Positions 20,272 through 29,752 of a stretch of DNA of 64,000 nucleotides are shown here, piece by piece (positions within the stretch are counted from its first letter, which is position 1; every line of letters starts with the position of its first letter). The stretch spans positions 8,889 through 72,888 of the forward strand of contig CANQXP010000002.1 of NCBI GenBank assembly GCA_947627885.1. Reading direction: 5' to 3'. The notes beneath the pieces were generated by a model. It was not told the origin of the DNA. It saw only the letters and a list, made by a program, of their open reading frames with translations, and searched no databases. The translations under genes and the position numbers were made by a program. The DNA comes from an uncultured Rikenella sp. Its GTDB lineage: Bacteria > Bacteroidota > Bacteroidia > Bacteroidales > Rikenellaceae.

Positions 20272-21021
20272 ATGAAAAACCTCCACGACAAGCTCGACAA
20301 ACGTATCATCGACTGGCTCAATATCCTGGTACTGCTCGGCTCGCTGGCCATCATCGCCTCGCTGTCATACGACATCCTGACCGTGGGCCGCTACCGGCCC
20401 GACAGCAAAATGACCCTCGGCATCCAGCTGGTGGTCTGCTCGATCTTCATCCTCGATTTCATCGTCCGCTGGATCATCAGCCCCCGGAAAGGGCGTTTCG
20501 TCGTCCATAACCTGATCCTGCTGCTCTTTTCGATCCCCTACCTGAATATCGTCCATTACACCCACTGGGATATTCCCCACGAGGTGCACTACCTGCTGGG
20601 CTTCGTCCCGCTGCTGCGCGGCGGCTACGGGCTGGTGATGATCACCCGCTGGTTCACGAGCCGCAGCGCCACCAGCCTGATGGTCTCCTACCTGGCGATC
20701 CTGACGGCCGTGACCTACTTTATGAGCCTGATCTTCTTCGTGGCCGAACGGGGAATCAACACGGCGGTCACAACCTACTGGGACGCGCTTTGGTGGGCCT
20801 GCATGGACCTGACTACCGTCGGCTCGAACATCATCGCGGTCACCACCATCGGCAAGATCCTGTCGGTCATCCTGGCCGCCTCCGGGATGATGATGCTCCC
20901 GATCTTCACGGTCTATATCACCGACCGTGTCGTGAACAGCCGCACGCGGGCCGCCCGGAAACCCCCGGTGCAGACCCCCGCCGCGGGTAACGGTCAGGCT
21001 GCGCCGCCTAAAGCGTCGTAA
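20272..21021 (+). CDS. Potassium-channel-family membrane protein
   Basis: Six TM segments; pore helix YWDALWWACMDLTTVGSN. Confidence 0.8.
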   Translation: MKNLHDKLDKRIIDWLNILVLLGSLAIIASLSYDILTVGRYRPDSKMTLGIQLVVCSIFILDFIVRWIISPRKGRFVVHNLILLLFSIPYLNIVHYTHWDIPHEVHYLLGFVPLLRGGYGLVMITRWFTSRSATSLMVSYLAILTAVTYFMSLIFFVAERGINTAVTTYWDALWWACMDLTTVGSNIIAVTTIGKILSVILAASGMMMLPIFTVYITDRVVNSRTRAARKPPVQTPAAGNGQAAPPKAS

Positions 21022-22309
21022 GGTACTCTTTCAGCGAATCGGTATCTGCGGCCGCCTCCCCGTATTTCCGGGGCAGCCGCAGCCGTTCGGCCAGCGCCGG
21101 GGGCAGCTCCTGCGGCATCTCGCCTGCCGGAAGCGCCTCCTGCAACACCTCCCGGAATTTGGCTTCGTGGGCCGTGGACAGCCAGAATCCCTTCCCGCTG
21201 CCGGAAGATTTCATCGCGAGATAGCCCACCGTGCTGTGCGGATCGCTCAGATAACCGTACTTCTTCCATATCTCCCCGATAGCCCGGCGTATTTCGTCGT
21301 CCGAGGCGCTGAAACCGCCGACACCCGACCACAGACGGTGGAAATCCGCGCCGCACAGGGCCATCATCCGCTCGAAATTGCTGGGATTCCCCACGTCCAT
21401 CGCATTGGCCACCGTCCGCACCGACTCACGGGGCCGGAAATCGCCCGTGCGCAGGAATTCCGGGATCACGTCGTTGGCGTTCGAGGCCGCGATCAGGCGT
21501 TTGACGGGAAGACCCATACGCACCGCGAGCATGCCCGCCGACAGGTTGCCGTAGTTGCCGCTCGGCACCGCAATGACCGGCGCCTCTTTGCCGCCCGTGG
21601 CCTGCCGCCACAGGTGCCAGCCGTAGAAATAGTAGAACGACTGCGGGATCCACCGCAGAATATTGATGGAGTTGGCCGAGGTGATCCCCCGCTCGCGGCA
21701 AAAGGCGGCATCCGAAAAAACGGCTTTGGCCATGCGTTGGCAGTCGTCGAAACTGCCGTCCACTTTGAGCGGGAAGATATTGCCGCCGAGGGTGGTCATC
21801 TGGCTCTCCTGCAACGGGCTGACGCGCCCGGCGGGATAGAGCAGCACTACCTTGACCCCCGGCACGCCGTAGAACCCTCCGGCCACGGCGCTGCCCGTGT
21901 CGCCGGAGGTGGCGGTCAGGATCACGAGTTCGCGGCCGGTGTCGTTCAGCAGGCCGAACAGGGCGCCCATGAACCGGGCGCCGAAATCTTTGAAAGCGAA
22001 GGTCGGGCCGTGGAACAGTTCGAGGGTGTGCAGTCCTCCGGCCAAAGCAGCGAGGCGGGGGCTGAAGTCGTAAGCCCCCGCGATCGCTTGTTCGATCTGC
22101 CCCGGCGAAAGCTCACCGCCGAAGAAAAGCTCCGCGAGGTAAATGGCCAAGGCGTTGTAGGAGTCCGCCGACAGGGCGCGGACGACATCCAGCGAGACTT
22201 GCGGGATGCATTCCGGGATAAAGAGCCCCCCGTCCGGGGCCAACCCCAGGAAAGCGGCTTCGCGCAGGCTATAGGCTTTTTGCGGGGTGCGGGTAGATAT
22301 ATATTTCAT
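21008..22309 (-). CDS. thrC: Threonine synthase
   Basis: GLAPDGGLF, ELFHGPTFAFKDFG, ATSGDTG, VPSGNYGN. Confidence 0.95.
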   Translation of the reverse strand: MKYISTRTPQKAYSLREAAFLGLAPDGGLFIPECIPQVSLDVVRALSADSYNALAIYLAELFFGGELSPGQIEQAIAGAYDFSPRLAALAGGLHTLELFHGPTFAFKDFGARFMGALFGLLNDTGRELVILTATSGDTGSAVAGGFYGVPGVKVVLLYPAGRVSPLQESQMTTLGGNIFPLKVDGSFDDCQRMAKAVFSDAAFCRERGITSANSINILRWIPQSFYYFYGWHLWRQATGGKEAPVIAVPSGNYGNLSAGMLAVRMGLPVKRLIAASNANDVIPEFLRTGDFRPRESVRTVANAMDVGNPSNFERMMALCGADFHRLWSGVGGFSASDDEIRRAIGEIWKKYGYLSDPHSTVGYLAMKSSGSGKGFWLSTAHEAKFREVLQEALPAGEMPQELPPALAERLRLPRKYGEAAADTDSLKEYLTTL

Positions 22310-22329
22310 TTTCGAGATGACTTTAAATG

Positions 22330-23274
22330 TTAGCCGATAACGCGCGCGCCTTGGCCGGAGACCGGGCCGGCGTACAGGTCAGCCTCGATATTCAGGGCGG
22401 CGAAATGCCTTTTCATGGTCTCGCCGGCCTGTGCGGCCGCCTGCCGACCGTCGCAGAGGGCGAATACCGACGGGCCGGAGCCGGCGATGTTCGACCCCAG
22501 AAGGCCGTCTATCCCGGAAAGGCGTTCTTTCAACTCGTCGTAACCGGGAATAAAGTGTTTGCGGTACGGCTCGGCGATCACGTCTTTCAGCGAGCGGCCG
22601 ATCAGCCCCATGTCGGAGGTGAGCAGCCCGGCGACCAGCCCGCCGACGTTGCCCCACTGGGTTACGGCATCTCGCTGGGGGATCTCCTTGCGCATCACGG
22701 CGCGGCTTTCGAGGGTATTGACGGTGATGTGGGGATGGATCACGGCGGCGCAGAGGTTTCCGGGCACGGGGATGCGGATGTAATCCAGCGGTTCGTAGCC
22801 CCGGATCAGCATAATCCCCCCGGCCACGGCGGGGCCGGCGTTGTCGGCATGGGCGGTGCCTCCGGAGACGAGCCGCTCGCCTTCCATGGCGAAGGCGATG
22901 AGCTGTCTCTCGCCGAAAGGCCGTCCGAGCAGCTCGTTGAGGCCGGTGACGGCCGCTGCGGACGAGGCGGAGCTGGAGCCGATGCCGCTGCCGGGACGTA
23001 TCTTTTTGAGGAGGGTCACTTCGATGGCGAGCGGGTGTCCCCAAGCCGCGACCTGGGCGCGCAGGGCGGGGGTGACGACGTTTTTTTCAATGTCGTCGGG
23101 CAGGGGGATGCCGCTTTCGTTGCGGATGACGAGCCCGTCGCCGGGTGCGATCTTCATGCGTAGGAGATCCCCGGCGCCTTCGATGGCCATGCCCATGATG
23201 TCGAAGCCGGGGCCGAGGTTGGCGACGGTGGCGGGGGCGAATATTTCGATATTCCGGTGGTATTGAGGCTGCAT
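22330..23274 (-). CDS. thrB: Homoserine kinase (GHMP family)
   Basis: PATVANLGPGFD, GSGIGSSSAS, HADN, IAGSGPS. Confidence 0.93.
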   Translation of the reverse strand: MQPQYHRNIEIFAPATVANLGPGFDIMGMAIEGAGDLLRMKIAPGDGLVIRNESGIPLPDDIEKNVVTPALRAQVAAWGHPLAIEVTLLKKIRPGSGIGSSSASSAAAVTGLNELLGRPFGERQLIAFAMEGERLVSGGTAHADNAGPAVAGGIMLIRGYEPLDYIRIPVPGNLCAAVIHPHITVNTLESRAVMRKEIPQRDAVTQWGNVGGLVAGLLTSDMGLIGRSLKDVIAEPYRKHFIPGYDELKERLSGIDGLLGSNIAGSGPSVFALCDGRQAAAQAGETMKRHFAALNIEADLYAGPVSGQGARVIG

Positions 23275-23348
23275 ACTACTTTTTTTAGGATGTTCGTCAA
23301 AGTGCCGCAATGCGGGGCCGCTACGGATGGAAATTCTATCGTTACTCC

Positions 23349-23410
23349 GGGGCCGTAGCCAGCGGAAGCTGCGCAGCAGGCCTGCGCGGTTCGCGATGCT
23401 CACCGCCGGA
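23349..23410. repeat. Partial GC-rich repeat core
   Basis: GGCCGTAGCCAGCG...GGCCTGCGCGGTTCGCGATGCTCACCGC. Confidence 0.6.
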
Positions 23411-23608
23411 CAATGGATCGCAATAAATTATGCGACGAAAATTCCGGCCGGGATTCCAAGGTTATCCTATGTGGAAACGGGTGCGGTGCATCGACTGCAT
23501 TTTAACGAACGGTAAAACTTTGTGTGGTGGAACTGCGGCGGAAGCCTCGCTTCCTTCAGAAAATCGGTATGTGACCGCAGGCGCCCCGTGACCGGAGGCA
23601 GAAAGATG

Positions 23609-23734
23609 CTATAACCCCCAAGGGGTCGTAGCGGTCGTGTGTGTCGTGAATGTACCGGCGAGAGTCGCACGTACCTCCCCTACCGCCAGCGAAATTGTCG
23701 GAACGGAAAGGGAATATGTGCGGATCGTCCTCAT
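23609..23734 (-). CDS. Putative thr operon leader peptide (41 aa, 11 Thr)
   Basis: Manual translation MRTIRTYSLSVPTISLAVGEVRATLAGTFTTHTTATTPWGL*; follows a TATATTTG promoter box, upstream of thrB. Confidence 0.72.
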   Translation of the reverse strand: MRTIRTYSLSVPTISLAVGEVRATLAGTFTTHTTATTPWGL

Positions 23735-23743
23735 CGGTATATG

Positions 23744-23751
23744 CAAATATA
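23744..23751 (-). promoter_or_regulatory. -7 promoter box for the thr leader and thrBC
   Basis: TATATTTG on the minus strand, 9 nt before the leader ATG. Confidence 0.65.
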
Positions 23752-23804
23752 ACGATTCCGGCGGATGATGCAACAAAAACGCGAAGAAAAGTACCGGAAA
23801 GAAA

Positions 23805-24353
23805 TTACCGGTCGAGAAACGTCCTGCGCCAGCGCAGGGGCGCTTCGAGGATTTTGCGCCACACCTCCTGCTGCCGGTTCACGTAAATGCCGAAGGTGTA
23901 TGCCGGTTGGAAACTCCCTTTGTAGATCATTCCCATGCCGATGGCGGTGCGCTCCCACTCCCGGCCCGCAGCGTCGTAATTCATCAGCACCACCTGCATC
24001 GGTACCCGCGAGGCAGCCTGCAAAGCCAAAGCGTAGGCCGTTGCGCCCCAATTCCGGTCGCAGCGGATGAAGAGCCGCGTCAGGTTGCGCGGGTCGTTTT
24101 TCAGGATCTTGTAGGTTTCCAGCAGGTCGCCGATAAAGAAAGCGATGTCCCGTTCGGCCACCATTTCGCCGGCGCGGATAAAGGCTTCGGTAGAATTGTC
24201 CGCAAAAAGGGCCGGCACCGTGTCGCACACGGCCACGGTATCCGCCGCCGGCACGGTATTCCGCTTTTTGGCGATAGCCGTAGCGGGATGCCCAAGAATC
24301 ACGCAACAGGCGAGTCCCGGCAAGAGAGTCCGTATGGTGTGGATGCGGGGCAT
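23805..24353 (-). CDS. Hypothetical, possibly exported, protein
   Basis: Co-directional ORF 10 nt after tsaE; signal-like N-terminus; no recognised motif. Confidence 0.55.
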   Translation of the reverse strand: MPRIHTIRTLLPGLACCVILGHPATAIAKKRNTVPAADTVAVCDTVPALFADNSTEAFIRAGEMVAERDIAFFIGDLLETYKILKNDPRNLTRLFIRCDRNWGATAYALALQAASRVPMQVVLMNYDAAGREWERTAIGMGMIYKGSFQPAYTFGIYVNRQQEVWRKILEAPLRWRRTFLDR

Positions 24354-24363
24354 GCGAACGGGG

Positions 24364-24831
24364 TCAATCTTGGATTTCGAGGGTGCGGGTATCTTCGTCC
24401 ACCGCCGTCAGCCGAACGACCATGGTGCCTTCGGGCAGCAGCTCCTCGACCTTCTCCGGCCACTCGACCAGGCAGAGGTCGCCGCTGAAGAAATACTCCT
24501 CGTAACCGAAGTCGTATGCCTCCTCGACCGAACGGATGCGGTAGAAATCGAAATGGTACACCGTCCGCGGCCCTCCGGCCATAGCGCGGGACGGATCGTC
24601 TTCCGCCTCCGGCACCGAGTTATACACGTTGACGATGGAGAACGACGGGCTGTTCACCTCCTGCGGGTCGATCCCCAGCTGGCTGCAAATCTCTTTGATG
24701 AGGGTCGTTTTACCGGCTCCCATCGCTCCGTAGAAAGCGACGATGGTCGCCCCGCGTGCAACGGCTTCGGCCAGCAGCTCCTCCGCCGCGTCGGGCAGGT
24801 CGGAGAGTCCTTTGATCGTGATCGTCTTCAT
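24364..24831 (-). CDS. tsaE: tRNA threonylcarbamoyladenosine biosynthesis ATPase
   Basis: GAMGAGKTT, VNSPSF, YHFDFYR, LVEWPE. Confidence 0.95.
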   Translation of the reverse strand: MKTITIKGLSDLPDAAEELLAEAVARGATIVAFYGAMGAGKTTLIKEICSQLGIDPQEVNSPSFSIVNVYNSVPEAEDDPSRAMAGGPRTVYHFDFYRIRSVEEAYDFGYEEYFFSGDLCLVEWPEKVEELLPEGTMVVRLTAVDEDTRTLEIQD

Positions 24832-24879
24832 CTGTAATCGTCTTGGGCCGCAAGATACGACTTTTGCCCGAAAAACCGG

Positions 24880-26430
24880 TTATTTCGGGTTCAGGACGAT
24901 GTAGGGTACCATCATCTCCTCCATCGAGATACCGCCGTGCTGGAAGGTGTTCTTATAGTACCGCACGTGTTGGTTGAAGTTGTTCGGGTAGACCAGGAAA
25001 TCGTGGTCGTAGGCGAAGATATAGGTCGAGGTGAGGTTGGATTTGGGCAGGTGGGCCTCTTCCGGCTTGGTGATGGCGAACACCTGTTTCGGGTCGTAGT
25101 TGAGGTTGCGCCCGCTTTTGTAGCGCAGGTTCGGCGAGGTCTCGCGGTCGCCGATCACCTTGACGGGGTTGTCCACGCGGATCGTCCCGTGGTCGCTGGT
25201 GATAACGATGGTATGGCCCCGTTCCGAGAGCTGTTTCATGATCTCCCACAGGTCGGAGTGCTCGAACCACGACCGGGTGAGCGACCGGAAGGCGACCTCC
25301 TCTTCGGCCAGCTCGCGGATGATTTCGCTCTCGGTGCGGGCGTGCGACAGGATGTCGAGGAAGTTGTAGACCACCACCGACAGATCGACGCTGGAGAGCC
25401 GGTCGATGCTTTCGAGCAGCTTTTTACCCTGTTCGGGCCGCACGAGCTTGTCGAAGCTCATCTTATACGGCTTCCCGAACTGTTGCAGCTGCCGCCGCAG
25501 GAAATCTTCTTCGTAGCGGTTTTTGCCGCCTTCCTGGTTGTCGTTGAGCCACAGGTCGGGCATCAGTTTGGAGATGGCCAGCGGCGTCAGCCCGGCGAAC
25601 AGGGCGTTCCGGGCGTATTGGGTCGCCGTGGGCAGCAGGGCGCAGTAGAACTCTTCGCTGGATACGTCGAAATGGTTGTGCAGCAGGGGCCGGATCATCA
25701 GCCACTGGTCGTACCGGAAGTTGTCGATCAGCAGGAAAGTGGTCTTTTTCGATTTGTCGACCACGGGGAAAAGCCGCTGCCGGAGCAGGGTGTGGGACAA
25801 CGTGGGCCGCTGGGGGTTGGTGTCGTCGAACCATTTCAGGTAGTTGTTCTTCACGAACCGGGCGTAGAGGTCGTTGGCCTCCTTAAACTGGTAGGAGAGG
25901 ATCTCGCGCACGCTGCTGTCATTGGACTCGGAGAGTTCGATGTCCCACTGGACGAGTTTCCGGTAGATGTCAGTCCACTCCGCGAAGGTCCGGGCATCGG
26001 AGAGTGCGACGGATATTTTCCCGAAGTCGGAACGGTAGTCGGCGGTGCTTTTCTCGGAGACGAGCTGCTGTTGGTGGACGTTTTTCTTGATGGAGAGGAG
26101 CACCTGGTTGGGGTTCACGGGCTTGATGAGGTAGTCGGCGATCTTGGAGCCGACGGCTTTGTCCATGATGTTCTCCTCTTCGGACTTGGTGACCATCACC
26201 ACGGGGGTCGTAGGGGCGTATTCCTTGATCCTGGGCAAGGTCTCAAGCCCGGTCATGCCGGGCATCATCTCGTCGAGTATAATCAGGTCGAAGGGTTTCT
26301 GCTGCACCATCTCGACGGCGTCGTAGCCGTTGTTGCTGGTCTCTACTTCGTATCCTTTGTTCTGCAGGAACAACAGGTGGGGTTTGAGGAGTTCGATCTC
26401 GTCGTCGACCCACAATATCCTAACATTCAT
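24880..26430 (-). CDS. porX: PorX-type response regulator (receiver plus PglZ domain)
   Basis: ILWVDDE receiver, PTATQYARN, TSDHG, TFQHGGIS; adjacent to tsaE. Confidence 0.9.
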   Translation of the reverse strand: MNVRILWVDDEIELLKPHLLFLQNKGYEVETSNNGYDAVEMVQQKPFDLIILDEMMPGMTGLETLPRIKEYAPTTPVVMVTKSEEENIMDKAVGSKIADYLIKPVNPNQVLLSIKKNVHQQQLVSEKSTADYRSDFGKISVALSDARTFAEWTDIYRKLVQWDIELSESNDSSVREILSYQFKEANDLYARFVKNNYLKWFDDTNPQRPTLSHTLLRQRLFPVVDKSKKTTFLLIDNFRYDQWLMIRPLLHNHFDVSSEEFYCALLPTATQYARNALFAGLTPLAISKLMPDLWLNDNQEGGKNRYEEDFLRRQLQQFGKPYKMSFDKLVRPEQGKKLLESIDRLSSVDLSVVVYNFLDILSHARTESEIIRELAEEEVAFRSLTRSWFEHSDLWEIMKQLSERGHTIVITSDHGTIRVDNPVKVIGDRETSPNLRYKSGRNLNYDPKQVFAITKPEEAHLPKSNLTSTYIFAYDHDFLVYPNNFNQHVRYYKNTFQHGGISMEEMMVPYIVLNPK

Positions 26431-26465
26431 AGCACTCTCTGTTTATACGTACGGTTATTACGCTT

Positions 26466-26642
26466 GAGGTTGGAGCGGGCCGCTTATTGGCGGCGAGCCG
26501 CGCGGGCCGGACGCCTCCCCACGGGAGGCCCGCAATAAACCGCAAGCGGTTTAAAGCATCCTCCCGGCGTCCAGCCCTGCCTTAGCTGTTGGGGCAGTTA
26601 TTGCCTCACGGGGTTACTAAAGAGAACGGTACCCTCAAACTC
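26466..26642. repeat. Modular repeat copy
   Basis: GAGGTTGGAG left end, GGCCGGACGCCTCCCCACGGGAGGCCCGC core, AGAGAACGGTACCCTCAAACTC right end. Confidence 0.75.
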
Positions 26643-26705
26643 AAATAACCGTACATTTAAGACAAACGGTAACAAAAAGCGTTCCGGTATGCGGAACGCG
26701 AAATA

Positions 26706-27407
26706 TCAGATCAATCCCCGTTCCGCGAAGCTGAACGGTTCCGTGTCCGCGATGATCACGTGATCCAGCAGACGCATGTCGAAATAGGAAGCCGCCAGCT
26801 GCACTTTGTTGGTATTCAGGATGTCCTGTTCGCTCGGATAGGCATTTCCCGACGGATGGTTATGCACCAGCACGATCCCCGAAGCGTTGCGGTCCAGCGC
26901 CCGGCGGATCACGATCCGCGGGTCGATCACCGACCCTTCGATGCCGCCCTGGCTCACCCGGAACTTCTCGATGATCCGTTTCGAGCGCGACAGCAGCATC
27001 ACCCACACCTCCTCGTGCGGCAAGTCCGCAAGCAGCGGCTGGAAAATCGTTACGATGTCCGCGCTGCCTGAAATGTAGTCCGGCGTGGGTAATTCCGCCG
27101 CCCGCCTGCGGCGGCCCAATTCCAATGCCGCCGCGATGCTCACGCCCCGCGCCAGCCCGATCCCGTTGAACGTCTGCAAGTCCGACAGGCTCTTACGCCC
27201 CAGTTCCACCAGGTTCCCCCCTACGGATTCCAATAGCAAGCGCCCGATCTCCACCGCCGAATTCTCGACCGTGCCGGAACCGATCAGCACCGCCAGCAGT
27301 TCGGCGTCCGTCAAAGCCGAAGCCCCGCGGCTCATCAGCTTCTCGCGCGGCCTGTCCTGTTCGTTCCACTCCTTGATCGAGAGCCGGGCCGGTTTGACCT
27401 TTTCCAT
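26706..27407 (-). CDS. radC: RadC (JAB domain) protein
   Basis: DRPREKL, ELLAVLIGSG, HNHPSG, LLDHVII. Confidence 0.93.
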   Translation of the reverse strand: MEKVKPARLSIKEWNEQDRPREKLMSRGASALTDAELLAVLIGSGTVENSAVEIGRLLLESVGGNLVELGRKSLSDLQTFNGIGLARGVSIAAALELGRRRRAAELPTPDYISGSADIVTIFQPLLADLPHEEVWVMLLSRSKRIIEKFRVSQGGIEGSVIDPRIVIRRALDRNASGIVLVHNHPSGNAYPSEQDILNTNKVQLAASYFDMRLLDHVIIADTEPFSFAERGLI

Positions 27408-27416
27408 AACTTCCCC

Positions 27417-28595
27417 TTACAGTCCGAACTCGCGCAGGTAGGTGGGCATATCCTTGTCCCCGCGGCCGGAAAGGTTCACTACGACAATATCATCGGGCTT
27501 GAACGTCAACTGAGGCAGGGCCGCCAGCGCATGGGCCGACTCGATGGCCGGGATGATCCCCTCCAGCTGCGAAAGCTCGCGGGCGGCGGCCAAAGCCTGC
27601 CTGTCGGTTGCGGCCAGCACCGTCGAACGCCCCGTCTTCGCCAGATAGGCGTGCAGCGGGCCGATACCGGGATAGTCCAGGCCGGCCGATATGGAATAAG
27701 GCTCGCGCACCTCGCCGTTCTCGTCGAACAGGATTACGGAACGGCTCCCGTGCAGTATTCCCTCGGTTCCGCAAGTGAGCGACGCGGCATGCTCGTTACC
27801 GTCCGTGCCGTGGCCTCCGGCCTCGACCTGCACCAGCTTTACGCCGTCGGAGTCGAGGAAATGGTAGAACGCCCCGGCCGCATTGCTCCCGCCGCCGATG
27901 CAAGCGATCACATAGTCCGGCAGTTCGCGTCCCTCCTGCTCCTTAAGTTGTTTACGTATCTCCTCGCTGATAACCGACTGGAGCCGGGCCACGATGTCCG
28001 GGAACGGGTGCGGCCCGACCGCGGAACCCAACAGGTAATACGCTTCCGGATGGGCCACCCAGTAGGCGAAGGCGATGTCCACGGCATCCTTGAGGGTCGC
28101 CCCGCCGGCCGTCACCGCTTCGACCTTCGCACCGAGCATCTTCATCCGGGCCACGTTCAGGGCCTGCCGCTCCACGTCCACGGCCCCCATATAGATGGTG
28201 CATTTCAGCCCCAGCTTGGCGCAAACGGTGGCGGTGGCCACCCCGTGCTGCCCGGCGCCGGTCTCGGCGATAATGTGGGTGCAGCCCATCTCTTTGGCCA
28301 AGAGTATCTGTCCCAGCGCGTTGTTGATCTTGTGCGACCCGGTGTGGTTGAGGTCTTCGCGCTTGAGATAAACGCGCGCGCCGTATTTATCGCTCAACCG
28401 GGGGGCGAAGTAGAGCGGCGAGGGCCGTCCGGCATAGTGTTTCAGCAGGGTAGAAAACTCCTGCCGGAATTTCGGGCTTTCGATGATCTCCACATACCGC
28501 TCGGCCAATTGGCCGATGTTCTCCTGAAGTTCGTCGGGGATAAAGGCGCCCCCGAATTCGCCGTAATAGCCGTTTTGATCCGGTCCGTATTTCAT
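27417..28595 (-). CDS. trpB: Tryptophan synthase beta chain
   Basis: KREDLNHTGSHKINN, ETGAGQHG, GGGSNA, GLDYPG, NLSGRGDKD. Confidence 0.96.
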   Translation of the reverse strand: MKYGPDQNGYYGEFGGAFIPDELQENIGQLAERYVEIIESPKFRQEFSTLLKHYAGRPSPLYFAPRLSDKYGARVYLKREDLNHTGSHKINNALGQILLAKEMGCTHIIAETGAGQHGVATATVCAKLGLKCTIYMGAVDVERQALNVARMKMLGAKVEAVTAGGATLKDAVDIAFAYWVAHPEAYYLLGSAVGPHPFPDIVARLQSVISEEIRKQLKEQEGRELPDYVIACIGGGSNAAGAFYHFLDSDGVKLVQVEAGGHGTDGNEHAASLTCGTEGILHGSRSVILFDENGEVREPYSISAGLDYPGIGPLHAYLAKTGRSTVLAATDRQALAAARELSQLEGIIPAIESAHALAALPQLTFKPDDIVVVNLSGRGDKDMPTYLREFGL

Positions 28596-28642
28596 ATTCC
28601 AATGTTATGTAATTGATCTTTTATTTAGGACCCATTTTCATT

Positions 28643-28950
28643 GGGTTGGAGGGTACTGTTCTTTCTTTGAAAAGAAAGAACCAAAGAGCCGACGCAGCCG
28701 CCGAGTAGCCATCAAGCTGGCTTGAATGGCCGAGGCGCCAGGAGGAAGGCGAAGCCAAACTTTCGAGCAGCCTGCCGAGGAACTCAGTCTGCCGAACGCC
28801 TTATGTTTGGCGCGGCGAGTGGGGCTTAGGCTTTCAGCCAGCCCCGCTCCGCCCGCCAAAGCTGAGGATTGCGGAGCCTAAGGAGTAGCGCAGCTATCTC
28901 AAAAGTTTTTGGTGCCGCTTTTTTCAAAAAGCGGCAGTTCTCTCAAACCC
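28643..28950. repeat. Modular hairpin repeat, full copy with inserted module
   Basis: GGGTTGGAGGGTACTG...CAGTTCTCTCAAACCC terminal inverted repeats; both terminal hairpin types present. Confidence 0.85.
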
Positions 28951-28979
28951 GAAGAACAGGGTTACAAATAAAAGATCGG

Positions 28980-29729
28980 TTATTTATGCATTCGCACTTT
29001 GTAATTTACGCCGAGGGTGATATTCATCTGGTCGGCCGGCGAGCGGAACGGATTCCCCTCATATTTGGTCACCCCCTTGAAAACGTCCGACAGGCCGATG
29101 TTGTAGCGGAACTCCGCCGTCACCGAGAACCGTTTGATGGCGAAAAGCATGCCCGCCCCGAACGTGATGCCGTACTCCCAGCGATTATCCCGCACGGGGT
29201 CGTACTCGTATTTCCCTTCGGAATAGACCTCTCCCGTGGCCTTGTTATACTCCCGGTAGTCCGAGCTGAAAGCATAGCTGAAATACGGCCCCGCGCTGAG
29301 GTAGAACCGGGTGCCCCCCTTGCTCAGCGGCAAGTAAGGCTGCCACAGGATCGGGATCTCGATGGTGTTCCATTTGCGTTCGTAGACCTCGTCGGACTCG
29401 AAAGACCGGTGTACGCGGTAACCGCGCTGCGACCAGTTGATGTCGGCCTCGATGCAGCCCACATATTTCTGCGCCGGCACATCGAACTTGTAGACCAGCC
29501 CGCCGACCAGCAGCCCCATTTTCATCTCGGTCTGGCGCGTCGGCTCGAACCGGGCGTTGCCCATGGCATAGCCGCCCCGGATGCCGACGTAATGATCCAC
29601 CTTGACCGGGGCCCATGCCGCGCTCAGGGTCTCGGACGGCACACCCCGCTCCTGCGCCGCCGCCGGGCAGCAGGATAAGGCCACCGCCAGCAGAAACACC
29701 GCTAAGTATTCGATCCGGTTCAAAGTCAT
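28980..29729 (-). CDS. Outer-membrane beta-barrel (porin/PorT-like family) protein
   Basis: Signal peptide, YVGIRGG, IEIPIL, FRYNIGLSD, terminal strand ITLGVNY. Confidence 0.75.
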   Translation of the reverse strand: MTLNRIEYLAVFLLAVALSCCPAAAQERGVPSETLSAAWAPVKVDHYVGIRGGYAMGNARFEPTRQTEMKMGLLVGGLVYKFDVPAQKYVGCIEADINWSQRGYRVHRSFESDEVYERKWNTIEIPILWQPYLPLSKGGTRFYLSAGPYFSYAFSSDYREYNKATGEVYSEGKYEYDPVRDNRWEYGITFGAGMLFAIKRFSVTAEFRYNIGLSDVFKGVTKYEGNPFRSPADQMNITLGVNYKVRMHK

Positions 29730-29752
29730 AAATATCCTTGTTAGAAGTAGCA

